Assembly: GCA_963803435.1 (NCBI GenBank)
Contig: CAWDML010000001.1
Span: forward strand, 2,496,001 to 2,560,000
DNA: 64,000 nt
From: an uncultured delta proteobacterium
GTDB lineage: Bacteria; Myxococcota; Kuafuiibacteriia; Kuafuiibacteriales; Kuafuiibacteriaceae
Direction of reading: 5' to 3'
Positions 8,560 to 18,698 of the stretch are shown in pieces; the first letter of the stretch is position 1; each line of letters opens with the position of its first letter. Below the pieces are notes generated by a model. The model was not told the DNA's origin. It did no database searches and saw only the letters and a list, made by a program, of their open reading frames with translations. The position numbers and the translations under genes were made by a program.

Positions 8560-9708
8560 TCATCGCAGCCGATCCTCGACCAGGCCGAGAAACATCCGGA
8601 TCCCGAGGGGGATCAGGTCGTCGTCGAAGTCGAAGTCGGGGTGGTGGCAGCCGGGCGTGTCCTCGTCCGGCTTCTTCGCGCCCAGGAAGAAGTATGCGCC
8701 CGGGATCACATTCGCGAAGTAGGCGAAGTCTTCGCCGCCGGCGATCGGGAGGCCGGCGCTCGACACGTGCCGAGCCTCGACGGCGCCGACGCGCGCGACC
8801 GCCGCGGCGCACTCGGCGTCGTTGGTCAGCACCGGGTAGCCTTCGATCAGCTCGAGCGTCGCGCGCGTGCCCGCGGCGAGCATGGTGCCTTCGACGATCT
8901 CCTTGAAGCGCCGGACGATGCGCTCGGTGACGGCGGGGTCGAAGGTCCGGATGGTGCCGGCGAGCTGCGCGGCCTTCGGGATGACGTTGTGCGTGTTGCC
9001 GGCCGTGAACTTGCAAACGCTGACCACCGCGCCGCCCTCGTAGCCCAGCTCCCGCGACACCAGCGTCTGCAGCGCGTTGACCAGCTGCGCGCCGGCCACG
9101 ATCGGATCGCGGCACTTTTGGGGCTGGCTCCCGTGCCCGCCGGTGCCTTCGATGTCGAGGTAGAGCTCGTGCACCTGCGCCATCACCGTCCCGGACGTGA
9201 CGTGGACCGAGCCCTTGTCGAACCAGGGCCAGTTGTGGAGGCCGTAGATCTCCTTCACCCCGTCGAGCACGCCCTCCGCCACCATGACGCGCGCCCCGCC
9301 GCCCTCGACGCCCTCCTCCGCCGGCTGGAAGATCAGCCGAACGTTGCCGGCGACGCAATCCCGCATGCGGGCCAGCGCGTCGGCGGCGCCGAGGAGGATC
9401 GCGGTGTGCCCGTCGTGGCCGCACTTGTGGGCGCGGCCCGGGTGGATGGATCGGTATGGGACGTCGGTCTTCTCGTCGATGGGCAGGCAGTCGAGGTCGG
9501 CGCGAAGGGCGAGGGTGGGGCTCCGCCCGGGCCGGAGATCCGCGTACAGCCCGGTCCGGGCCGAGTCGACCGGTCGATAGCCGCGCGCGGTGAGGAAGTC
9601 GCGCACGAGCTTCTGGGTCCGGACCTCCTCGAAGCCGAGCTCGGGGTGCCGGTGAAGGTCGTGCCGGATTCGGACGAGCTCCGAGAGGTTCGCGAACGGT
9701 TCGATCAT
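8560..9708 (-). CDS. M20D-family amidohydrolase
   Basis: HRHPELGFEE, ALRADLDCLP, HKCGHDGH, FQPAEEG, GGEDF, HHPDFDFD. Confidence 0.93.
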   Translation of the reverse strand: MIEPFANLSELVRIRHDLHRHPELGFEEVRTQKLVRDFLTARGYRPVDSARTGLYADLRPGRSPTLALRADLDCLPIDEKTDVPYRSIHPGRAHKCGHDGHTAILLGAADALARMRDCVAGNVRLIFQPAEEGVEGGGARVMVAEGVLDGVKEIYGLHNWPWFDKGSVHVTSGTVMAQVHELYLDIEGTGGHGSQPQKCRDPIVAGAQLVNALQTLVSRELGYEGGAVVSVCKFTAGNTHNVIPKAAQLAGTIRTFDPAVTERIVRRFKEIVEGTMLAAGTRATLELIEGYPVLTNDAECAAAVARVGAVEARHVSSAGLPIAGGEDFAYFANVIPGAYFFLGAKKPDEDTPGCHHPDFDFDDDLIPLGIRMFLGLVEDRLR

Positions 9709-9776
9709 CGAGCGATCAGAACCACAGGCAGGCGACCAGTGTCGACGAACTCGACCACGAATGTTAGGGGACCCGC

Positions 9777-10697
9777 ATGGTCAACGCCCTCGAGAAGGAG
9801 TCGGCCCTCGCCGAGGGCCCCTGGCGCTCCCTGCTCGAGATCCTCATCCCCTGCCCGAAGTGCGGCGGAGCGCTCACGATGGCCCCCGTCCCCAGCTGCG
9901 CCTGCGGCTTCTCCGGCCGGGCGCCTGACGGGATCCCGGACTTCGTCGACGAGCGGGCGCTGACCGAGCGCCACCTGGAGGAGATCGCGGCCCAGACCGC
10001 CGCCGTCGACGACTACTACGAGAACGAGCGCAAGCTGTGTTGCCATTGGGACCGCATCTCGGCGTTCGACATCCCGGAGATGCTCGGCCGTCCCTCGGGG
10101 CTCGCGCTCGATCTCGGCTGCGGCACGGGCACCGCGGGCGGCGGCCTCAAGCGGAGCGGGATGCGCGTGGTCGGCGCCGATCTTTCGCAACCCTGCCTGC
10201 GGGCGGCCCGGCGCCGTCTCGACGCCGTGGTGCGGGCCGACGCCGTCGAGCTGCCCTTCGCCGACGAGTCGTTCGACGCGATCGTCTCCCGCGGCGCGCT
10301 CCACCACCTCTCCGATCCCACCGCCGCCCTGGCCGAGGCGCACCGCGTCCTCAAGAGGAACGGGCGCGTCGTGTTCATGGATCCGCGGGAGTGGTTCTGG
10401 CTCGAGCCCGTCAAGCGCATCCTTCGCAAGGAAGACCACGCCTTCACCGACGACCACCACGCCTACCGGCCCGAGGAATACGTCCAACTGATCCGACACG
10501 CGTTCTCGGTGGAGCGCTCCTACACAGTGCATCCTTTCGGCATCCTGGTGGCCAACGGCGTCGATCTTCTCCCCATGCCGAGCGGCCTCCCGTACCGCGC
10601 CCTGGCGAGAGGGCTCTATCGGCTCGACCGCGCGCTCAACCGAACGCCGCTCCGTAGGGTGGGCCACCTTCTGGTGGTGGTGGCGAGGAAAGAGTAA
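9777..10697 (+). CDS. Class I SAM-dependent methyltransferase with N-terminal Cys knuckle
   Basis: CPKCGG..CACG..DGIPDF N-terminus; LDLGCGTG; LPFADESFDAIV; LHH..RVLKRNG. Confidence 0.88.
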   Translation: MVNALEKESALAEGPWRSLLEILIPCPKCGGALTMAPVPSCACGFSGRAPDGIPDFVDERALTERHLEEIAAQTAAVDDYYENERKLCCHWDRISAFDIPEMLGRPSGLALDLGCGTGTAGGGLKRSGMRVVGADLSQPCLRAARRRLDAVVRADAVELPFADESFDAIVSRGALHHLSDPTAALAEAHRVLKRNGRVVFMDPREWFWLEPVKRILRKEDHAFTDDHHAYRPEEYVQLIRHAFSVERSYTVHPFGILVANGVDLLPMPSGLPYRALARGLYRLDRALNRTPLRRVGHLLVVVARKE

Positions 10698-10713
10698 GTT
10701 TGAAGACCTTCCC

Positions 10714-11625
10714 ATGAGCGCGCGCTACGAAGAGGAGGAGACCACCGAAGAGTGCGTCGTCCCTCCCGCACCCTTGCCCGGACGTGACGACGCTTCTGTG
10801 CTGGTGCTGAGCGGTCCGCTCTCGGGACAGTTCTACAAGGTCCCGCGCCTGGGCGGCGTCATCGGCCGCGATCCCGAGGTCGAGATCCGGCTCCCCGATC
10901 CCGGCATCTCCCGTCGTCACGCCGAGATCTCCCGGAACGACGAGGGCCACTACGTGCTCCGCGATCTGGAGAGCCGCTACGGCGTCTACGTGGAGGGCGA
11001 GAGGATCACCGAGAAGCGCGTCCTCGACGGCGACCGCATCCAGCTCTCCGGAGAGACCGTGCTGCGCCTCCGCTACCAGGATCCCAAGGAGACCGAGATC
11101 ATCGAGAAGATCCAGGAGGCGGTCACGCGCGACGCGCTCACCAGCGTCTCCAACCGTCGCTACTTCATGGAGCGGCTCGAGCAGGAGTTCGCGTACGCGC
11201 GGCGACACCGATCGAGGCTCGGCGTCATGATGCTCGACGTCGACTACTTCAAGCGGGTCAACGACGAGCACGGCCACGCCGTCGGTGACGAGGTCCTCCG
11301 CACCGTGGGGCGTACGCTGCACGACGCCGTCCGCACCGAGGATCTGGTGGCGCGCTACGGCGGCGACGAGTTCATCGTCCTCTCCCGGGGCGCCGGCCGC
11401 GACGACACCGCGCGCTTCGCAGACCGCCTGGCCACCGCCCTGCGCGAGCGCACGATCCGCTGCAACGGCGAGGAGTTCCGGCTGACCCTCAGCATCGGCG
11501 TGGCCTGCTTCGAGAACAACGACCCGGTCACGATGATGGAGCTGATCGCGCGGGCCGACTCGGCCCTCTATACGGCCAAGCGCCAGGGACGGGATCGCGT
11601 CTCCACCTGGAGCAGCGAGCCCTGA
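10714..11625 (+). CDS. FHA-GGDEF diguanylate cyclase (DgcB-like architecture)
   Basis: FHA (IGR..ISRRHA); DALTSVSNRR; DVDYFKRVNDEHGHAVGD; I-site RTED followed by RYGGDEF. Confidence 0.92.
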   Translation: MSARYEEEETTEECVVPPAPLPGRDDASVLVLSGPLSGQFYKVPRLGGVIGRDPEVEIRLPDPGISRRHAEISRNDEGHYVLRDLESRYGVYVEGERITEKRVLDGDRIQLSGETVLRLRYQDPKETEIIEKIQEAVTRDALTSVSNRRYFMERLEQEFAYARRHRSRLGVMMLDVDYFKRVNDEHGHAVGDEVLRTVGRTLHDAVRTEDLVARYGGDEFIVLSRGAGRDDTARFADRLATALRERTIRCNGEEFRLTLSIGVACFENNDPVTMMELIARADSALYTAKRQGRDRVSTWSSEP

Positions 11626-11688
11626 TCTCCCCGTTTCGCGTCGTCCGGATATAGAATCGACCCTGGCTTGTTCTCCTTGTCGTTCAAC

Positions 11689-12543
11689 ATGCATCTCCTG
11701 CAGGTCCTCGTGTTCGTCCTCGGCGCCGCCATCGGCTCCTTCCTGAACGTCGTGATCGCGAGGCTCCCCGAGGGGATGAGCATCGTGCGCCCGCCGTCCC
11801 ACTGCCCGAAGTGCAAGACCCCGATCAAGCCTTGGAACAACCTCCCTCTCCTCAGCTGGCTCCTCCTCCGCGGCAAGTGCGCCAGCTGCAAGGCGCCCAT
11901 CAGCGTCCGGTACTTCGTGGTCGAGCTGATCACGGGGCTGTTGTTCCTCGCGTGCCTGCAGCGCTTCGGGTACACGCCCGCCCTGGCGCCGGCGCTGATC
12001 TTCTCGGCGAGCCTGGTCGCGGTCACCTTCATCGACATCGACACGTTCGAGATCGCCGACGAGATCTCGCTCCCGGGCATCGTGCTCGGCTGCGTGCTCC
12101 GCCCGCTCTGCTTCGGCAAGCCGTGGTTCTCCGGGATCGTGGGCGCACTCCTGGGCGCGTCGTTCCTCGCCTTCATCCGCTGGGCGCACATGCTGGTGCG
12201 CAAGCGGGAGGGCATGGGCCTCGGCGACGTGAAGCTGATCGCGATGATCGGCGCGTTCCTCGGTCCCGGCGGGCTCCTCCCCTCGATCCTGGTCGCGTCC
12301 TTCGCCGGCAGCCTCATCGGCGGCGCGGTGGTGCTCGGCCGCAAGCTCCGCGGTGAGGACGTGACCCCCGAGCCCGAGCCCGAGGCGACGGAGGACGAGG
12401 ACGAGGACGACGACGACTGGGAGCCCTCCTGGGACGCGGTCCCGTTCGGCCCGTTCCTCGCGCTCGGCGCGCTGGCCGCGCTCCTCTTCCAGCCCGCCTT
12501 CGAGCGGCTCCTGATGGGCCTCCACACGCTCTATCGGTTCTGA
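11689..12543 (+). CDS. pilD: Prepilin peptidase/N-methyltransferase (A24)
   Basis: GSFLNVVIARLP, SHCPKC, GKCASC, FIDID, GMGLGDVKL, PFGPFLA. Confidence 0.96.
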   Translation: MHLLQVLVFVLGAAIGSFLNVVIARLPEGMSIVRPPSHCPKCKTPIKPWNNLPLLSWLLLRGKCASCKAPISVRYFVVELITGLLFLACLQRFGYTPALAPALIFSASLVAVTFIDIDTFEIADEISLPGIVLGCVLRPLCFGKPWFSGIVGALLGASFLAFIRWAHMLVRKREGMGLGDVKLIAMIGAFLGPGGLLPSILVASFAGSLIGGAVVLGRKLRGEDVTPEPEPEATEDEDEDDDDWEPSWDAVPFGPFLALGALAALLFQPAFERLLMGLHTLYRF

Positions 12544-12545
12544 GG

Positions 12546-13925
12546 ATGAGCAAGGTCAGCATCCGCCAGCCCGTCGTCCTCTACGCCATGATCTTCATGC
12601 TGATCGTCGCGTTCTCGGTGGTGACGCTGGCGAGCGTGGCGATGGTCAGCGCAGCGCGGCGCGCGTACCGGCGGGCCGCCCTGCTCGAGCTGCGAGCGCT
12701 CGCCGGGATGGCGCCGGCGGACGAGCTGGCCCGCGTGATCGTGGCGCGGCCCCAGGACGTGGAGCTCGAGGTCGGCATCGTCACCAAGAGCACGCCCGCG
12801 CTCGGCCTCGACATCGACGAGGCCCGCCGCGCGGCGATCCGTCCCCGGCTGAGGAGCGCGATCGTCGCGGTGCCGCTCCATGCGGCCTCCGAGGAGTCGT
12901 ACCTGGTGGGGAGGTTCAACGGCTCGGTGCCCTCTTCGATCGCCTTCGTCGAGATCACGCGCATGGTGCCGATCGTGCTGATCGGCGCGCTCGCCTGCGC
13001 CGCGCTGCTGGCCTTCATGATCGGGCGGCTGGTGCTCCCGCCGCTGAACGCGCTGTCCGAGATCGCGCAGGACATCCGGGCAGAGTCGAGCGGGACGCTC
13101 GAGCCGTCGGATGCGCCGAACGAGATCGTGGAGGTGGCGCGCCAGTTCCGGCGGACGATCGGGCTGCTCAACCAGGAGCGAAACCTGATCGAGGCCCAGA
13201 AGGACGAGCTGACGCGCATGCAGGCCAGCCTGGTGCGCGCCTCCAAGCTGGCCAGCGTCGGCCGCCTCGCGGCCGGGATCGCCCACGAGATCGGCAACCC
13301 GCTGGCGGCGGTGCAGGGCTACCTGTCGCTGATGAAGAGCGGCCTCGACGAGGCCGAGGAGGCCGAGGTGCTCGACCGGAGCCACAAGGAGCTCGGGCGC
13401 ATCCACGAGACGATCAAGAAGCTGCTCATGTACGCGCGCCACGGCGACGAGCAGGACGCCGCACCTGCGCCGCTGTCCCTGGGGAACGTGGTCGCCGAGG
13501 CGCTGGCCCTGGTGAAGGGGCACCCGTCGATCCGAAGCGTCGAGATCGACAACCGGGTCCGCGCGGGCGACGCGGCCGACGCCGTGGGCCACCCGGGCAA
13601 GCTCAACCAGGTGTTGATCAACCTGCTCCTCAACGCGGGGCAGGCGATGGCCGAGTCTGAGCCCCGCCGCATCATCCTGGAGACGTCCGAGGACCAGGAG
13701 CGGATCACGCTCTCGATCCGGGACACCGGCCCCGGGATCCCCGAGGCCAAGCGGGAGCAGATCTTCGATCCCTTCTACACCACCAAGTCACCCGGCGAGG
13801 GGACGGGGCTCGGCCTCGCGATCTCTCGAGCCTTGATGGAGTCGATGGAAGGGGATCTGGAGGTGGTCGATTCCGAGGCGGGCGCCGCGTTCGCGGTGAG
13901 GATGAGGCGACCCGGGAACATCTGA
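12546..13925 (+). CDS. pilS2: Membrane sensor histidine kinase (PilS2 position)
   Basis: Two TM segments and a HAMP-like region; H-box GIAHEIGNPL; N, G1, F and G2 boxes. Lies between pilD and an NtrC-type regulator, as in M. xanthus. Confidence 0.85.
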   Translation: MSKVSIRQPVVLYAMIFMLIVAFSVVTLASVAMVSAARRAYRRAALLELRALAGMAPADELARVIVARPQDVELEVGIVTKSTPALGLDIDEARRAAIRPRLRSAIVAVPLHAASEESYLVGRFNGSVPSSIAFVEITRMVPIVLIGALACAALLAFMIGRLVLPPLNALSEIAQDIRAESSGTLEPSDAPNEIVEVARQFRRTIGLLNQERNLIEAQKDELTRMQASLVRASKLASVGRLAAGIAHEIGNPLAAVQGYLSLMKSGLDEAEEAEVLDRSHKELGRIHETIKKLLMYARHGDEQDAAPAPLSLGNVVAEALALVKGHPSIRSVEIDNRVRAGDAADAVGHPGKLNQVLINLLLNAGQAMAESEPRRIILETSEDQERITLSIRDTGPGIPEAKREQIFDPFYTTKSPGEGTGLGLAISRALMESMEGDLEVVDSEAGAAFAVRMRRPGNI

Positions 13926-13939
13926 TAGAGTCCCCGCCG

Positions 13940-15346
<1,407 letters not shown>

Positions 15347-15423
15347 AGATGAGTGGGCCTCAATACCACATCGAAGATGTATCAAAGACATATAATTATG
15401 CTTCATTTTGTACGGTCGAAAGC

Positions 15424-15452
15424 TTGACGGTGAGTCTTGCCTCGCCGATCAT
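15424..15452 (+). promoter_or_regulatory. Candidate sigma70-type promoter for HTH-pilMNOPQ
   Basis: TTGACG-N17-GATCAT, preceded by an AT-rich island (about 15360-15420) containing TATAATTAT. Confidence 0.4.
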
Positions 15453-15483
15453 CGGCCTCTCTCGTCCGGGAAGAGGCCCCGCG

Positions 15484-15765
15484 TTGAACAAGCGTCGTCA
15501 GAGCATTCCAAACAACGTGCGCGCCCTTCGAGAAGAGATCCTGATGTCGAAGGCGGAGCTCGCGCGGAAGGCGGGCGTCTCGGCCCTGACCGTGGACCGG
15601 ATCGAGAACGGCAACGACTGCCGGTTGGACACGAAGCGAAAGATCATCCTCGCGCTCGGCAAGGAGCTCGAGCAAAAGGCCGAGGTCTTCCCGGACCTCG
15701 CCGATCCCAAGCCGGTCGGCGACGCCAAGAAGGCCACGGATCTCGGGGATCAGGAAGAAGGATAG
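15484..15765 (+). CDS. XRE-family HTH protein upstream of pilM
   Basis: NNVRALREEILMSKAELARKAGVSALTVDRIENG..CRLDTKRKIILAL; start uncertain (TTG 15484). Confidence 0.82.
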   Translation: MNKRRQSIPNNVRALREEILMSKAELARKAGVSALTVDRIENGNDCRLDTKRKIILALGKELEQKAEVFPDLADPKPVGDAKKATDLGDQEEG

Positions 15766-15769
15766 CGCC

Positions 15770-16839
15770 ATGGCAAAGGGCAAGTTGGCTGTCGGGCTGG
15801 ACATCGGCTCCGGGTCGATCAAGCTCTGTCAGCTGAAGCCCGCGAAGCGCGGCAACTATCAGCTGGGGGCGTTCGGGATGATCGCAGCTCCCGCCCGAGG
15901 CGATCGTGGACGGCGCGCTCATGAACTCGACGGCGGTGGTCGACGGCGATCCAGGAGCTGTTCGCCTCCCAGAAGATCAAGCACAAGGAGGTCGCGACCT
16001 CGGTGTCGGGTCACTCGGTGATCATCAAGAAGATCAACCTCCCGCAGATGACCGCCGGAGGAGCTGGAGGAGTCGATCCAGTGGGAGGCGGAGCAGTACA
16101 TCCCCTTCGACATCAACGACGTGAACATCGACGTCCAGATCCTCAACACCGAGTCGACGCAGGCCGGCCAGATGGACGTGCTCCTGGTCGCGGCCAAGAA
16201 GGACATGGTGAACGACTACACCGAGGTGATCGAGCTCGGCAGGGCTCATCCCGGTGGTGGTCGACATCGACGCGTTCGCGGTCCAGAACCAGTTCGAGAT
16301 CAACTACGAGGTTCCGCGGTCCGAGACCGTGGTGCTGGTCAACATCGGCGCGTCGGTCACGAACATCAACGTCCTCGCCAACGGCGTCTCCACGTTCACC
16401 CGCGACATCTCCATCGGCGGCGGTCAGTTCACGGATGCGATCCAAAAGGCGCTTCAACGTGAGCTATGACGAGGCCGAAGCCCTCAAGCTGGGCGGCGGG
16501 AGCTCCGAGAGCGACGCGGTGGTGCCGCAGGAGGTGGAGCGCGTGCTCCAGACCGAGTCCGAATCCATCGCCAACGAGATCCAGCGATCCCTGGACTTCT
16601 ACGCGGCCACCTCGGCCGACGCCCACATCGCCCGAATCTTCGTCAGCGGCGGATCCGGCAAGATCCCGGCGCTCATCAAGACGATCGAGAACCGCACCGG
16701 GGTCCCCGTGGAGCTGATGAACCCCTTCCGGAACGTCGACGTCGGGTCGGGCCGGTTCGACGCCGCGTACCTCGACAGCATCTCACCCCTGGCGGCAGTT
16801 GCGGTCGGGCTCGCCCTCCGCTATCCGGCGGACAAGTAG
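15770..16839 (+). CDS. pilM: Type IV pilus actin-like protein PilM (several frameshifts in this sequence)
   Basis: VGLDIGSGSIK, SGHSVIIKKI, VDIDAFA, NIGASVTNI, EIQRSLDFY, VAVGLALR are spread over different frames. Confidence 0.92.
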
Positions 16840-16849
16840 GAGAAGCGCA

Positions 16850-17398
16850 ATGATTCGGATCAACCTCCTTCCGATCCAGGCGACCCGGCGCCGCCAGACG
16901 ATCCAGCACCAGATGCTGGGCGCGGCCGCGGCGGTGATCGTCACGATCGTCATCTGCATCGTCTGGACCGCGATCCGCTCGAGCGAGGGCGAGGAGAAGA
17001 AGGCGCAGATCACCGAGAAGCAGCAGGAGCTCGCCCAGCTCGACAAGATCATCGGCGAGGTCAACGAGTTCACGACCAAGAAGAAGGAGCTCGAGGAGAA
17101 GCTGGGGATCATCGAGACGCTGCGCAAGGGCAAGACCGGTCCGGTGCGCGCGCTCGACGATCTGGCCACCGAGATCCCGAACCGCGTGTGGCTCACCGAG
17201 ATGAAGGAGACCAGCGGCTCGGTCACGTTGGCCGGCGTCGCGATCGACCACGAGGATGTCTCGGCGTTCATGAAGTCGCTTCAGAAATCGAAGTACTTCA
17301 AGGGGATCGTCCTCGGCTTCTCGAAGCAGACCAAGGACAAATCGGGCGTCAATCTCTACGAGTTCAAGATCACCTGCGCGGTGAATTACTCGGCCTGA
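16850..17398 (+). CDS. pilN: Type IV pilus assembly protein PilN
   Basis: MIRINLLP N-terminus, TM, coiled coil, IPNRVWL. Confidence 0.95.
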   Translation: MIRINLLPIQATRRRQTIQHQMLGAAAAVIVTIVICIVWTAIRSSEGEEKKAQITEKQQELAQLDKIIGEVNEFTTKKKELEEKLGIIETLRKGKTGPVRALDDLATEIPNRVWLTEMKETSGSVTLAGVAIDHEDVSAFMKSLQKSKYFKGIVLGFSKQTKDKSGVNLYEFKITCAVNYSA

Positions 17399-17410
17399 GG
17401 GGAGCGAGAT

Positions 17411-18040
17411 ATGGACGAGTTCATCGCGAGAATCTCCAAGATTCCAATTGCCCAGCGCCTCCTGATCTTGGTGCTGGTCCTGGTCATGCTGTTCGTCGTG
17501 AACTACCTAGTCTTCGTCAGCCCGATCAACGAGGAGATCCAGGCCTCCGAGGTGCGCATCAAGAACCTCGACGCCCAGCTGGTGCAGAAGCGGGCGATCG
17601 CGCGGAACCTCTCGCGCTATCGCATCGAGGTGGAGCGGCTGAAGCAGCGCCTCAACGAAGCGCTCACCCTCCTCCCGAACGACGCCGAGATCCCGGAGCT
17701 CCTCCAGAAGATCGCAGCGCTCGTCGAGCAGTCCGACTGTGAGATGACGACGTTCGAGCCGCAGGGCGAGGTGGTGTCGGGCTTCTACGCGCGCATCCCG
17801 GTCAAGATGGCGATCCACGGGAACTACCACTCGATCGCGGTCTTCTTCGACAAGGTGTCGAAGCTCGCGCGCATCGTGAATGTGAACAACATCGCCCTCA
17901 AGGAGCCGAAGATCACCAACCAGAAGGTCGTGCTCGACGCCGAGTTCACGGCCACCACCTTCAAGTTCGTGGAGAAGGCCGCCGAGACCGCGAAGTCGGC
18001 GGCCGGCGGGTTCAAGGCGCCGCCGGCGAAGGCACCGTAG
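17411..18040 (+). CDS. pilO: Type IV pilus assembly protein PilO
   Basis: TM, coiled coil, LPNDAEIPELL, FYARIPV..GNYH..FFDKVSKLARIV. Confidence 0.95.
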   Translation: MDEFIARISKIPIAQRLLILVLVLVMLFVVNYLVFVSPINEEIQASEVRIKNLDAQLVQKRAIARNLSRYRIEVERLKQRLNEALTLLPNDAEIPELLQKIAALVEQSDCEMTTFEPQGEVVSGFYARIPVKMAIHGNYHSIAVFFDKVSKLARIVNVNNIALKEPKITNQKVVLDAEFTATTFKFVEKAAETAKSAAGGFKAPPAKAP

Positions 18041-18052
18041 GAGGGCAGAACG

Positions 18053-18646
18053 ATGATGAGTTGGTCGCGCACGTTCGTATGGGCCTCGCTCCTCGGGCTC
18101 GCTGCCTGCGGCGGGGACGCCAAGCCGGCGAATCAGACCCCGTCGAAGGCCGCCACCGGCCTCAACGTCCTGACGAAGGGCACGGTCGAGGGGACGCAGC
18201 CGCCGCCCGCGGGCGAGGAAACCCCGCCCCCGGCCCCGGCGGATACGGCCGACAAGCCCGCCGGTGAGGGCGAAGACGTCTCCGAGATCGCATATGCCTA
18301 CTCGCCCATCGGGAAGCGGGATCCGTTCCGCTCCCTGTTCGATCAGCTGCAGCGCGAGGAGCAGAACCAGCAGCTGACCGAGCTGCAGCACTTCGAGCTG
18401 GATCAGCTCAAGCTGGTCGCCATCGTCTCGCGCATCGCCACGCCGTACGCCATGGTCGAGGATCCTTCCGGTAAGGGCCACACGCTCACGCGCGGCACGC
18501 TCATCGGGAAGAACTGGGGCCGCGTCGCGCAGATCAAACCCGACTGTGTCGTGATCAAGGAAGAGTATCGCGACTACACCGGGCGCAAGGTCACCAACAC
18601 GACCCCGAAATGCTTGCCGAAGCCGGACGAGCTAAAAGTTGATTAA
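18053..18646 (+). CDS. pilP: Type IV pilus lipoprotein PilP
   Basis: Lipobox LAAC; YSPIGKRDPF; LQHFELDQLKLV; GTLIGKNWG. Confidence 0.95.
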   Translation: MMSWSRTFVWASLLGLAACGGDAKPANQTPSKAATGLNVLTKGTVEGTQPPPAGEETPPPAPADTADKPAGEGEDVSEIAYAYSPIGKRDPFRSLFDQLQREEQNQQLTELQHFELDQLKLVAIVSRIATPYAMVEDPSGKGHTLTRGTLIGKNWGRVAQIKPDCVVIKEEYRDYTGRKVTNTTPKCLPKPDELKVD

Positions 18647-18698
18647 TCCGCAGGCCGTGCGAAAAGTGACACCGGAGATACGGAGAGGGACTGCCCAA

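Noticed and set aside
12350-12430. Acidic low-complexity insert in PilD (EPEPEATEDEDEDDDDW)
   Set aside because: In-frame loop; I recall similar acidic inserts in myxobacterial PilD, so it is not treated as novel or as a repeat element.
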